Notes under the pieces: generated by a model
What the model was told of the DNA's origin: nothing
Seen by the model: only the letters and a program-made list of their open reading frames with translations
Databases searched by the model: none
NCBI GenBank assembly: GCA_045106435.1
Contig: JBGCEN010000317.1
Span: 776-64,775, forward strand
Direction: 5' to 3'
Source of the DNA: Rhodothermales bacterium
GTDB lineage: Bacteria > Bacteroidota > Rhodothermia > Rhodothermales > JAHQVL01
Length of the DNA: 64,000 nucleotides
Position numbers and translations under genes: made by a program
Shown here: positions 46,685 through 55,803 of the stretch, piece by piece
How the letters are laid out: every line of letters starts with the position of its first letter
Numbering within the stretch: the first letter of the stretch is position 1

Positions 46685-48766
46685 TCAATATCGTTTTCCT
46701 ACACAGGAATTATCAGCGGGCAGACACGTTAAGTATCCGGTTATTAACTGCAATATAAGCGATGCGTCAAATGCTGTTACAGATCCATCTCCTGATGCAT
46801 CAGCGTAGAGAGATCCATTTAAGTCGAGCAATCCGCTCGCGTGCTGGAGTATAAGCGAGGCATCGAGTGCGGTAACGACACCATTGCCCGATGCATCACC
46901 CGCAATTCCCGATGGGGGAGGATCTTCCATGCCAAAAGTAAACTGGTCTGCTCCCACATCGCCGGCCTGGACCGGGCGGGGTTCGCCATCAAAATCGACA
47001 AGCAAAGGAGCGAGATCACTCGGCAGGGAAACACCTTTTCCTATGATCTGGGACTCTGCAGCCAGACGCCAGCCACTCACGTGATCCGTGGTGTCAACCA
47101 CGTGGGGCTGTGCTGGTTGTATCGTCATTGAGTTATAATCTGTTAAGGCTTTATTTTGCCATTCGCTGAGACTGGAGCTTCGTACAACACTGCCGCCACT
47201 GGTTCCTTTTACGCGGTACTGAAACGTATTATACTCATGCGTACTGTAGTTTCTGTACCAGAATACATTGCCTTCTCCTTTATTCGAGCGTGCATCACTA
47301 TCATTGGCGTGCTCTTCAAAAGAAATTTCACTGCTTCTGCGATCACTATTCCAATCAATCAAGGTGTTGGCAATAAAGAGATTGTTATAGTATCGGTTTC
47401 CGGTTGCCTTATCCCGATCGTCTGCGCGAATACGCATGCCACCGCCTTCATTGCTCATAAAAGTATTATGAAGCACAATGTTATTATTGGCTGCATGAAT
47501 GAGCAACCCATGCCCGTAGAATGAACCCCAGGCATACCTGGCTCTTGTTAAAACATTGTTTCTTACGAGTGTGCGGTCTGTTGTCCATTCGAGGAAAAGA
47601 TTGGCACCAAGATTACTGTCAAAGGTATTTTGCTCAATGACATTGTCAAAGTTGTCCATATCAAGCCATAATCCGGGGCCTTCGTTTTCGGAAAAATCCA
47701 GATTACGAAAAGTACTGTTTGACGTATAAAGCCATTTGCCCCCACCTGACTCCCAAAATGGCTTATATCCTTTCCAGTTATTGTATTTGCTTTCTGAATA
47801 TTCGACAAGGCAGTTGTCGCAGATATTGCCTCGGATTCCGCTCATGCCATTGTGATTTGCACGAACGCCGCGGACAACATGGTTATTCCCGGAGATAAGA
47901 AATCCTGAGCCGTTGGTCCATTCAACAGTAATGTTTTCAAGGATAGATCCTTCGTTGCCGGCGCATACCGCACCCATCTGACCATCATTGGCTGTATGCC
48001 TGAAGGTAATGCCAATCACGTGATAGTATCCTTTGACATTGCCAAAACGACAGCTCGGTTCGTTGTTAGAAGGATTGAATAGATGATTGAGCAAACTGGT
48101 TTGCATGAGCGCGTTGTTCGGATTTTTGTTGCCGGGCAACATCGCGAACATCGTACTCGGATTATCTGGCGAACCCTCTAAAAAGAAGGTGCCTTCTTTT
48201 ACATCAGCTCTTGTGTAAACTGCCTGGAGCATCTGGTCATCTGCAATTAAAACATCACGTCTTCTCGCAGGCCCAAATAGATCATTGGGGCCCTCGAAGC
48301 GGTGCCATAAAGCTTCATGTGGCCAGGTTAATTTCCACGCGCTTCCATCTTGCGTCCAGGTACCTGTAAGATTGATTGCGCCAGACACAATAACCTCATC
48401 GCCCGGGAATGAGGTTATGGTAATTCTGTTACCAGATGTACCACCTTTACCTGGACTGACCTGGCCGTAGTATGTGCCTTCTCTAATAATCACGGCATCG
48501 CCGGGATTAATCGTGCTGGTTTCTACGGCACGCTGAATGGTTTTAAATGGTTGGGCTTCGTTACCCGGATTGGTATCATTGCCTATGGCCTGGTCAACCC
48601 AGTAGACCGTGTTGTTGCCAGTGTTCAGCAACGACCGAATGGGTTGGCAAGTGCCAGATGAAGAGCACAACATTCCTGGGCCGCAGTCTTGCTGCAAATA
48701 ACAGGCTTGTCCATGTGCTAATGACGTAATCGAGAAAAAAAGTAGGAGGCTTAATAAGGGTCTCAT
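46685..48766 (-). CDS. Secreted right-handed parallel beta-helix protein (pectate-lyase fold) with C-terminal tandem dockerin-like repeats
   Basis: Signal peptide (LLLFFSITSLAHG), a Cys-rich N-terminal module, and PbH1-like repeats (NNHVVRGVRANHNGMSGIRGN, FSENEGPGLWLD, NVIEQNTFDSN, RNNVLT). The C-terminus has GDASGNGVVTALDASLILQ / DASGDGSVTAFDASLILQ. Confidence 0.7.
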   Translation of the reverse strand: MRPLLSLLLFFSITSLAHGQACYLQQDCGPGMLCSSSGTCQPIRSLLNTGNNTVYWVDQAIGNDTNPGNEAQPFKTIQRAVETSTINPGDAVIIREGTYYGQVSPGKGGTSGNRITITSFPGDEVIVSGAINLTGTWTQDGSAWKLTWPHEALWHRFEGPNDLFGPARRRDVLIADDQMLQAVYTRADVKEGTFFLEGSPDNPSTMFAMLPGNKNPNNALMQTSLLNHLFNPSNNEPSCRFGNVKGYYHVIGITFRHTANDGQMGAVCAGNEGSILENITVEWTNGSGFLISGNNHVVRGVRANHNGMSGIRGNICDNCLVEYSESKYNNWKGYKPFWESGGGKWLYTSNSTFRNLDFSENEGPGLWLDMDNFDNVIEQNTFDSNLGANLFLEWTTDRTLVRNNVLTRARYAWGSFYGHGLLIHAANNNIVLHNTFMSNEGGGMRIRADDRDKATGNRYYNNLFIANTLIDWNSDRRSSEISFEEHANDSDARSNKGEGNVFWYRNYSTHEYNTFQYRVKGTSGGSVVRSSSLSEWQNKALTDYNSMTIQPAQPHVVDTTDHVSGWRLAAESQIIGKGVSLPSDLAPLLVDFDGEPRPVQAGDVGADQFTFGMEDPPPSGIAGDASGNGVVTALDASLILQHASGLLDLNGSLYADASGDGSVTAFDASLILQLITGYLTCLPADNSCVGKRY

Positions 48767-48954
48767 AATTACTAAAATGGTACAGCAATAATTGAAGACA
48801 GAATAGTCTTTTGATGATTATGCGATAAAGCGTACAGAATGGTAAATAGGCGAGGGGGGAGCCGCCTTTGCTTATTATTTTTATTTTATGTGTGTCAATT
48901 ATTGGGCCGAAAAGATGCCGGCATAATCAAATTGATGTGGAGTGCAGGCGATTA

Positions 48955-49944
48955 TTAGTGAATTTCTTCTGGGACAGGCTCTGATTCGCCTAATACTTCG
49001 GATTTGACCTTGGAGACACCGGCTTGAACAGCATTATTCCAGTCTGTCCGTTTGGATTTGAGATTCAACGTTTCGTTTGTCAAATTACGAATGCCGCCCA
49101 CGATAGAGTCTGCATTATTATCCACAAGGATGGCCCAGTCTCCAAAGAGCTTTTCTGACAAGGTGGAACGGGTGGCGATGAGCGGGGTGTCGGATGATAA
49201 AGCTTCACACGCGCCGGATTGTTGCGTGGCAACCATATTGGTTAACGCAATCGCTGCTGAGCTTGAACACAATGTTTCGTGGTATTCCTTGGTGCTCAAG
49301 AACCCGGTAAGGCGCAGATTTTCACAGGCTTCGAGGCGATGTCGTTGAGCAGCCGGCAGTTTTTTGGGATCAGCAGTTATGACAAAATTATAATCAGGTG
49401 TCCGTTCTATTGTATCGATGATCGCATCAATAGGCTCGTCCAGGTCAAAGGAGCAGACAAACAGAATCTGGTTCTTTTTCCGGGAAACCTCTTTGGATTC
49501 AATAAACTGAAGCGGATCTGCAACAACAATAAATGGCTTCTGGGGATAGGTTTTTCCAAAAAGCGTCAGAAATTCAGAATTGTGAACAATGATCGCTTTG
49601 GATTTTTCCATGATCGTTGAAAAAAACGGGAGCTTGTGCCAGTATGATTGAAAGATGCCGTTGTGCCCATCTACGATATATGGCGTGCCCAGTAGCAGCG
49701 GGGGAAGCGCTGCATAGTGAGGAGGAGCCTGCACAATTGTATACGATGGCTTCGTTTTGATCATATAAAAAACGGTAGCCATCAGCTTATAGAAGTAGTC
49801 GAATGGACGCAGGTATTTGCTTCGGAAAAGATGTGGGATGAATTTGATGTCTGCGTCAAATAGAGGGGCCAGCACCTCTGCGCGGCGTTGATACCCCTTC
49901 CATACAATATATAAACACCGTCCTTTTTGTTGTTTTTTACTCAT
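48955..49944 (-). CDS. Probable GT-B glycosyltransferase
   Basis: C-terminal donor-binding-like region (QQSGACEALSSDTPLIATRS) and its locus context. The N-terminal half is unrecognised. Confidence 0.5.
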   Translation of the reverse strand: MSKKQQKGRCLYIVWKGYQRRAEVLAPLFDADIKFIPHLFRSKYLRPFDYFYKLMATVFYMIKTKPSYTIVQAPPHYAALPPLLLGTPYIVDGHNGIFQSYWHKLPFFSTIMEKSKAIIVHNSEFLTLFGKTYPQKPFIVVADPLQFIESKEVSRKKNQILFVCSFDLDEPIDAIIDTIERTPDYNFVITADPKKLPAAQRHRLEACENLRLTGFLSTKEYHETLCSSSAAIALTNMVATQQSGACEALSSDTPLIATRSTLSEKLFGDWAILVDNNADSIVGGIRNLTNETLNLKSKRTDWNNAVQAGVSKVKSEVLGESEPVPEEIH

Positions 49945-49973
49945 TGATCTATCTAACTATTTGCAGGAGCCGG

Positions 49974-50018
49974 CTGTCAATCTAATTACTGTCAAACTAA
50001 ATGCTGTCAATCTAAATG
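49974..50018. repeat. Three direct 15-nt repeats CTGTCAAnCTAAnnn
   Basis: ctgtcaatctaatta / ctgtcaaactaaatg / ctgtcaatctaaatg. They lie 30-74 nt upstream of the start codon at 49944 (minus-strand gene). Confidence 0.9.
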
Positions 50019-50073
50019 TTGCGCAGGAGGCTATTGCCTGTTCGCTCAGGTACTGAATGCAGAAAATATATAC

Positions 50074-50946
50074 TTATGAACTTGTGAGTTTTAATCTCTT
50101 CAAAAAATGAACCGTAATTCTAATCATGTCACAAGTAAGGAAGCTGATAAACTGAAAAGGTGATTTTGCCGTCTTGAGTGCGAAATAAAACCTGAATTTG
50201 AGCCAGAAGGAGGACCTAAAATCAAAAAAGTATCTGCGAATATCGCTTAGATGATACTCATCTTTGATATCAAACTCATACGTATTGTCTACATGGCTTC
50301 GTACGATTGCATCGTAAAAGACCACCTGTTTATATCCAAATTTTGACGCGCGTACGGGAAATTCTGTATCACCCCTGTGTTTAAAGCGGACCGCATCGTA
50401 CATGCCGGCGTCTTTGAAAACCTGAACGGGAGCGAGCATGCCGCGCCCGGTAAGTTGAGAAACTTCGAAAAATGAACCGTGCTCAAAATCGTCCAGGGAT
50501 TTTCCAACATTCAGAATCCGATCTTTGGCTGTAAACCAATTGGTCATCCTCCCGCCATCCCAAATGATATTGGGGTGCTTGATGTCAGCGACTATAGACC
50601 CAACAAGTGTTTTGGGATGATGATGGGCAAATCCTACGATCTTCTCGATGTAGTCGCTATCAAATTCCAGGTCATCATTGATGATTAAGACAAAGTCATC
50701 ATCGTTTGCTTTCTCGATAACATAAAGCAGTCCTTCGTTGGTACCGCCAGACCACCATAAATCCCCTGTTCCTCTGATCAAGGTGACATTGGGGTACAGA
50801 TTTTCGATCATATCGGACGTCCCATCTGTTGAGCCGTCGTCAATAATTACTACTTCGATATCTTTATATGTTTGATTTAACAAACACTTAAGGAATCTCC
50901 CGGTGAGTTCCTTTCTGTTATATACAGGTGTAACAACGTAAACCAT
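50074..50946 (-). CDS. Family 2 glycosyltransferase
   Basis: VVTPVYNRKELTGRFLKCLLNQTY..IEVVIIDDGSTDGT and a DxD-like NDD. Confidence 0.85.
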   Translation of the reverse strand: MVYVVTPVYNRKELTGRFLKCLLNQTYKDIEVVIIDDGSTDGTSDMIENLYPNVTLIRGTGDLWWSGGTNEGLLYVIEKANDDDFVLIINDDLEFDSDYIEKIVGFAHHHPKTLVGSIVADIKHPNIIWDGGRMTNWFTAKDRILNVGKSLDDFEHGSFFEVSQLTGRGMLAPVQVFKDAGMYDAVRFKHRGDTEFPVRASKFGYKQVVFYDAIVRSHVDNTYEFDIKDEYHLSDIRRYFFDFRSSFWLKFRFYFALKTAKSPFQFISFLTCDMIRITVHFLKRLKLTSS

Positions 50947-51008
50947 TCCGCCAATTCTTTTCTAACACGTGAATACATTCAGCAAAAATGCTGACTTCTT
51001 CTTGTGGA

Positions 51009-51911
51009 TTACGCGATGGGATGTAGCTCCTGGGGGCGGATTTTGGCTTTGATTGAAGACAAAACGAGTCTTACATAGGGTAACGAGCCAAAAACGGGCC
51101 AGAGTAGGCCGGCGTGCTTTTTCGAAAACAACATCCAGTCTGAAGGCGGCAAGCCTTTAGGGCCACTCATCTGTTTCCAGCGTTCTTTTAGCGGTAGAGA
51201 CGTATCCAGCCAACTCCCTTTTACAGGGTTTGTTGAACAAGTCCCGACAAAGCCAGGCGTTATCCATATGGATGCACCTTTGCTTCCTGCTTTTAATGCA
51301 TAATCAATGTCACCTATTGCATGGGAGTAGCCGGCATCCATGTTGCCAACCATACGGGCCACTTCATCTGGTATCAGCACACAATTTCCATGCATGACAT
51401 CACATTGCATTGCTTCATTTGTTGGCTCCACCAACTTGAAATGGAATGGATGCCACTTACTATCGCGAATCATCCCGCCATAGGTAAGTTTTGAAGAGAC
51501 CGGATCCTTAACAGAGCCCACGACAATCGAACGAGAATTATTCGACTCCTGAAGCTTTTGATGCGTCTCTACAAGTCGCATCACTGCATCGGGGGCCAGA
51601 TTCGTGTCATCATTCAACCATAGATAATAATCTGCGCCGGAAGACAATGCTGCTGCAAATGCGGTGCGCATGCCTTCATTCCAAAAGTATGAGCCATCTC
51701 CTTTGATGACCTCTGCTTCAGGGAAGCTTGCCTTTACTGCTTCTGAGGTGCCATCTGTACTGCCGTCATCGAGCAAAAAAGCACGAATGTCCAGTTGATC
51801 GGATCGTTGGGTAAACAGTGCAGATAAACACTGCATCGTCAAATCCTTTCGGTTATGAGAAGCAAGAATGGCGGCAATCCTAACGGATTTATTTTTCATC
51901 GATTTGTGCAC
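51009..51911 (-). CDS. Family 2 glycosyltransferase
   Basis: AILASHNRKDLTMQCLSAL...FLLDDGSTDGT and WLNDD. Confidence 0.8.
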   Translation of the reverse strand: MHKSMKNKSVRIAAILASHNRKDLTMQCLSALFTQRSDQLDIRAFLLDDGSTDGTSEAVKASFPEAEVIKGDGSYFWNEGMRTAFAAALSSGADYYLWLNDDTNLAPDAVMRLVETHQKLQESNNSRSIVVGSVKDPVSSKLTYGGMIRDSKWHPFHFKLVEPTNEAMQCDVMHGNCVLIPDEVARMVGNMDAGYSHAIGDIDYALKAGSKGASIWITPGFVGTCSTNPVKGSWLDTSLPLKERWKQMSGPKGLPPSDWMLFSKKHAGLLWPVFGSLPYVRLVLSSIKAKIRPQELHPIA

Positions 51912-52285
51912 GCTTGGCGGGAATCTCGTTCTTTAACGAAAATAGATATCCCATCAGTACTGACAAAGAACACTGGGTACCAATGGGGGACATCAATGTA
52001 ATCTTTTGAAAAAGTATTTGCCTGCTATCAAGCAAATTATTAACAGGAATAGAATACGAACCCGTACGCAGGGCCTGCCAACAATTATACATCAAATTCG
52101 TTACAGGTCCATAGTTATTGCAGAAACAATACAATAACTATATAGCACCTGTTTTCGGTAATCGGCTGGAGATAAAAAATCTAAAATACCTGTGGGCTAG
52201 CGGGATACGATAAATTGTTTTAGCGCGCATTGTTTAATCGTACCATAAAGGTCGCTAAAACAAGCATTTTCAGTTATTTACCATA

Positions 52286-53266
52286 CTAAAGATGCGGATG
52301 AATACGCTTCAGGCCAGGCAAGCGCTTGAGCTTGTCCTGGAAAAGCCTTAATTCTGCAATTTGGTAGATGAATCCGTAGGAAATCCGCATCATATCACCC
52401 CCCATTCGTTTTAACGAAAACGGTGTGGCTTTCAGGTCATCAAGCAACTCTTTTTGCTCATATCCAACTGTATACAGACGTTCCTTTCCTATCCATTTAA
52501 GGTACGATTTGCACCATGATTTTCGGATTGGATTTCTCAGAGAGCCTTTCCACTTGTTAAGCGGCTTATCGCTGATGCTTTTATAAGACTTTGTGCCCGT
52601 CGGGTCGCCCATGTCTCCTTGTAGATCGACACTTTGAAAGTCCTCAATCATTATCGATTGAAAGGGGAGGTCCAGGTATGCGCAGATCTTTTGCGTAGTT
52701 GTTTCCGGGTCTTTCAGGAGATCCTCGTAATTGACGCCGAGCACACGGTCTTTATTATCTGTGTATGCCTTCACCAGTTTGGCAAATCCTTCAAATAAAT
52801 CAACTTTGAAAAAGTAGAGATACCAATGACCTCTATGCCAGGTGTCTAGCATAGAGGCAATGATTGAAAGTGGATTTCTCCAGAGAAAGATGAACTTGGC
52901 ATCTGGAAATACTTCCATGATTTCTTCAACAACAAGATGGTATCGCGGCGTTTTGTCGAGGAAATACACTGCGCCTTTTTCCGCTCGCCGGTTGTACAGG
53001 TTTAGCGTGAAATCCTGTATTTCAGACAGAAACGCCGGCCGGCCTCCGTCGATGGAGGTGTAGAAGTCTTTGATGGCATCGACAACGGCATTTTGGTCGT
53101 AGTTGGTATAAATGCCTTCACTGCGCAGCGTGCTTAACATGGGGAGCAGCAACCAGGGCTCCGCGGCCGTATCTATCTTGTCGTGCTTGGCAAGAATACG
53201 CTGCAGCAGTGTAGAGCCGCTGCGTGGCAATGAAAAGAGAAATATGGGTGCGACAGATTCAGACAC
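52286..53266 (-). CDS. PAPS-dependent sulfotransferase (Sulfotransfer_3-like)
   Basis: 5'-PSB loop FSLPRSGSTLLQRIL and a 3'-PB-like FIFLWRNPLSIIAS. Its start abuts the wzx stop (53266/53267). Confidence 0.75.
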   Translation of the reverse strand: MSESVAPIFLFSLPRSGSTLLQRILAKHDKIDTAAEPWLLLPMLSTLRSEGIYTNYDQNAVVDAIKDFYTSIDGGRPAFLSEIQDFTLNLYNRRAEKGAVYFLDKTPRYHLVVEEIMEVFPDAKFIFLWRNPLSIIASMLDTWHRGHWYLYFFKVDLFEGFAKLVKAYTDNKDRVLGVNYEDLLKDPETTTQKICAYLDLPFQSIMIEDFQSVDLQGDMGDPTGTKSYKSISDKPLNKWKGSLRNPIRKSWCKSYLKWIGKERLYTVGYEQKELLDDLKATPFSLKRMGGDMMRISYGFIYQIAELRLFQDKLKRLPGLKRIHPHL

Positions 53267-54664
53267 TTAAGATGCTTTCTTGTTTTTAGGCCACCACAAC
53301 GCGAAACTTACAATTTTAAGTCGATACCAAACTACCATTGCAGCACCAATATTCCACAACAAGGTCGTAACAATCGTTGCAATGGCGGCTCCCTTGATGC
53401 CCATACTGGTGATCAGTATGCCATTGAGAACCAAATTGAGTAATGCACCGATAGCCATGATCTTTGCCGCATCCCGTTGATGGCCCGTCATATTTAAAAG
53501 CAATACAGCTGGGCCGGCGCAGGCATTGAAAATTTGACCGAAAATAAGGATTCTAAGCAGGGGAATAGGTTCAACATATTCAGCGCCGAAAAGTAAAGGC
53601 AAGAAGTCGGCAGCAAAATAGAGAATAAGTCCACCAATGATGGAAAGCGCGAACACTGCATTTGCGCCTAATGAAACGATGCGTTGTAATTCCTGACGCT
53701 TATTGTTTGCGTGTAAATCCGCTACAATAGGGTGGAGAATACCATTCATTGCCGTTAGGGCAATAACGATGGCTGCAGCTACTTGTGAGGCAATCCGGTA
53801 TACGCCAACCGCATCAGTGTTGAGCATAATGCCAAGCATTAAGCTGTCTGCCGAGATCAGAACATAGTTAAACCCTGATGTCAGCATCATGTCTTGCGAG
53901 GTACTAAACCACTCTTTTTTGTTGTATTCGGGCTGGGCAGTACCAACTTGCTTTGGGACGGCAGATTTGACGAGGTAGTAAGAAAGGAAAACTGCGCAGA
54001 TGGTGGCCGCCAGATTGATGAAAATCGCGAGTTCTGCGTGTAGGACAATGTCGCCGGCTTCTCTTGTAATGCGGCCTATATCTGTCCAGTAATATGTAAT
54101 GATCATCGCGATTGCGATCAGCGCCGGCCGCAGGGTGCGCATGGATAGCTGCGACAAAACAACGCGTTTCAAGCCATCTAGCATGCCTTCCTGGATCTCC
54201 AGACGTGCCACCAGGGGTAAAAAAAGCAGGGCAATTAACAGGCAGTTGTAAAAAGCGTCATCGCCGTATTTTGCGATGATATAGGAGCGGGAAAGGTAAA
54301 TAATGAGCCCAAAGCCCAGGGAGAGACCAATGGCAATTTTGAACGAGGTTCGCTGGCTGTATCTGACAAATCCATTGATCAATCCCCATTCTTTTTTTGA
54401 TCGATAGGAAGCTATATAGCGGATCGCAGACTTATTAAAACCATACCGTGCAATAATCAGGCACGTGCTCAGACAGGCAATAGCAAAGGAATAGGCTCCC
54501 CATTCTTGTTTACCAAGCAAACGGGTGAGCGCCATTGTGGAAGCGAAGATGACCAGTGTGGAGAGCATCTTGATCAAAAACCCGCCACCTGATCCACGAA
54601 TAAACTGGGCCAGATTGTCCTGTCCTTTTAAGCGCTCTATCCAGTTTTTCGAGTTACTTGACAT
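53267..54664 (-). CDS. wzx: Wzx-type oligosaccharide flippase (MOP superfamily polysaccharide biosynthesis protein)
   Basis: 465 aa with about 12-14 TM helices, and a typical Polysacc_synt topology and locus position. Confidence 0.8.
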   Translation of the reverse strand: MSSNSKNWIERLKGQDNLAQFIRGSGGGFLIKMLSTLVIFASTMALTRLLGKQEWGAYSFAIACLSTCLIIARYGFNKSAIRYIASYRSKKEWGLINGFVRYSQRTSFKIAIGLSLGFGLIIYLSRSYIIAKYGDDAFYNCLLIALLFLPLVARLEIQEGMLDGLKRVVLSQLSMRTLRPALIAIAMIITYYWTDIGRITREAGDIVLHAELAIFINLAATICAVFLSYYLVKSAVPKQVGTAQPEYNKKEWFSTSQDMMLTSGFNYVLISADSLMLGIMLNTDAVGVYRIASQVAAAIVIALTAMNGILHPIVADLHANNKRQELQRIVSLGANAVFALSIIGGLILYFAADFLPLLFGAEYVEPIPLLRILIFGQIFNACAGPAVLLLNMTGHQRDAAKIMAIGALLNLVLNGILITSMGIKGAAIATIVTTLLWNIGAAMVVWYRLKIVSFALWWPKNKKAS

Positions 54665-54923
54665 GGGAATGCTTCATCTCCTCTAGGTCGTAAAACCTAC
54701 TAATCAATACGCGCTGCACTAATAATAATCTTGAAAAGAAATGCTTTGCTTAATGAAATGAGTTATTAATTATTCAATGAGTTCTTCGTTCAATCCAGAG
54801 ACTATTTCAACCATACAACAGGTTGATATCAGCATTGAGATGCTATTTATATAAAAATAATCATCATTCTTACATCCCAAAACTTACAACCGAATACTGG
54901 CGACTGAAAACTGCAGTTAACCC

Positions 54924-55748
54924 CTAAACTTCCAATTCATTATATACGCCGGCGTAGCCCCATCTTTGCAATACGTCACCCAGTTTGTCTTCCAGAAGCT
55001 TGATGTTTTCATCAGAGAGCTCATTTCTCCATGAATCTACCTGGCCTTTGCGGAAGGTGTGCCGGCCTGGGCCAAATAGCTCATCTGCAACACCGGTTGA
55101 CTTCGACTCAGGAATTTCAAGCCATTGGCAGAGATTGCTTACCGTTTGCTCCTGGGATTCAATGGTGCCGCCTCCTTTGCTTCCCACAAGGTCCTCAAAA
55201 CGAATCTTTAATACCTGGTCAGAGGAAAGCCATCCATCGAGGGCAAGGCATCTGGTACGAAGTGGTTCGAGGTATGCTTTCTTAAACCGGTGTCCTTCCA
55301 GAACATACTGGAATTTCTGTTCTTCGCTTAGATCCTTGAATTCACTATGTAATACATGCTCTTTGAGTTTTGTCACATAGTGCACAAAAGAGACCAATAC
55401 AGCACGGGGATCACGGTGGACAACAATAGGGGCAATGCCATGCTCCAGAATTGCGTCCAATAAAGCTGTCGAATACCCAACGTGTGCTGTAAAAAAGGTG
55501 TTAGGTTTCCCTTTTTTTAGCCGGTTGCGAACAATGCGTTTGGATACCTCAACGGGCGTATCAATGCCCAGCAGGTACCCTTGCGAGAATGGATACCACG
55601 CCATTCTTCGGAATTTACTTAACATGCTCGGGCTAATCACTTGAGCAGAACCCAAATGGTCAAGCTCGGAATAACCCATGAGCTTGAGGCATTTGGCTGT
55701 CAGGTGTGTACCTGATTTAGGAAGGGAGTTAATAAAAGCTTTTCTCAT
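54924..55748 (-). CDS. PAPS-dependent sulfotransferase (Sulfotransfer_1-like)
   Basis: 5'-PSB loop SLPKSGTHLTAKCL and 3'-PB motif VVHRDPRAVLVSFVHY. Confidence 0.78.
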   Translation of the reverse strand: MRKAFINSLPKSGTHLTAKCLKLMGYSELDHLGSAQVISPSMLSKFRRMAWYPFSQGYLLGIDTPVEVSKRIVRNRLKKGKPNTFFTAHVGYSTALLDAILEHGIAPIVVHRDPRAVLVSFVHYVTKLKEHVLHSEFKDLSEEQKFQYVLEGHRFKKAYLEPLRTRCLALDGWLSSDQVLKIRFEDLVGSKGGGTIESQEQTVSNLCQWLEIPESKSTGVADELFGPGRHTFRKGQVDSWRNELSDENIKLLEDKLGDVLQRWGYAGVYNELEV

Positions 55749-55803
55749 AATATTATAATACTACACAATACTGATGGCCACGCAGTCAATATGTTGAATA
55801 TAC

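Noticed and set aside
51889-52134. An 81-aa minus-strand ORF in the GT2-sulfotransferase spacer.
   Set aside because: It overlaps the 5' end of the GT2 gene and has no recognisable domain or signal. Its composition is like the surrounding non-coding DNA. I treat the region as non-coding.
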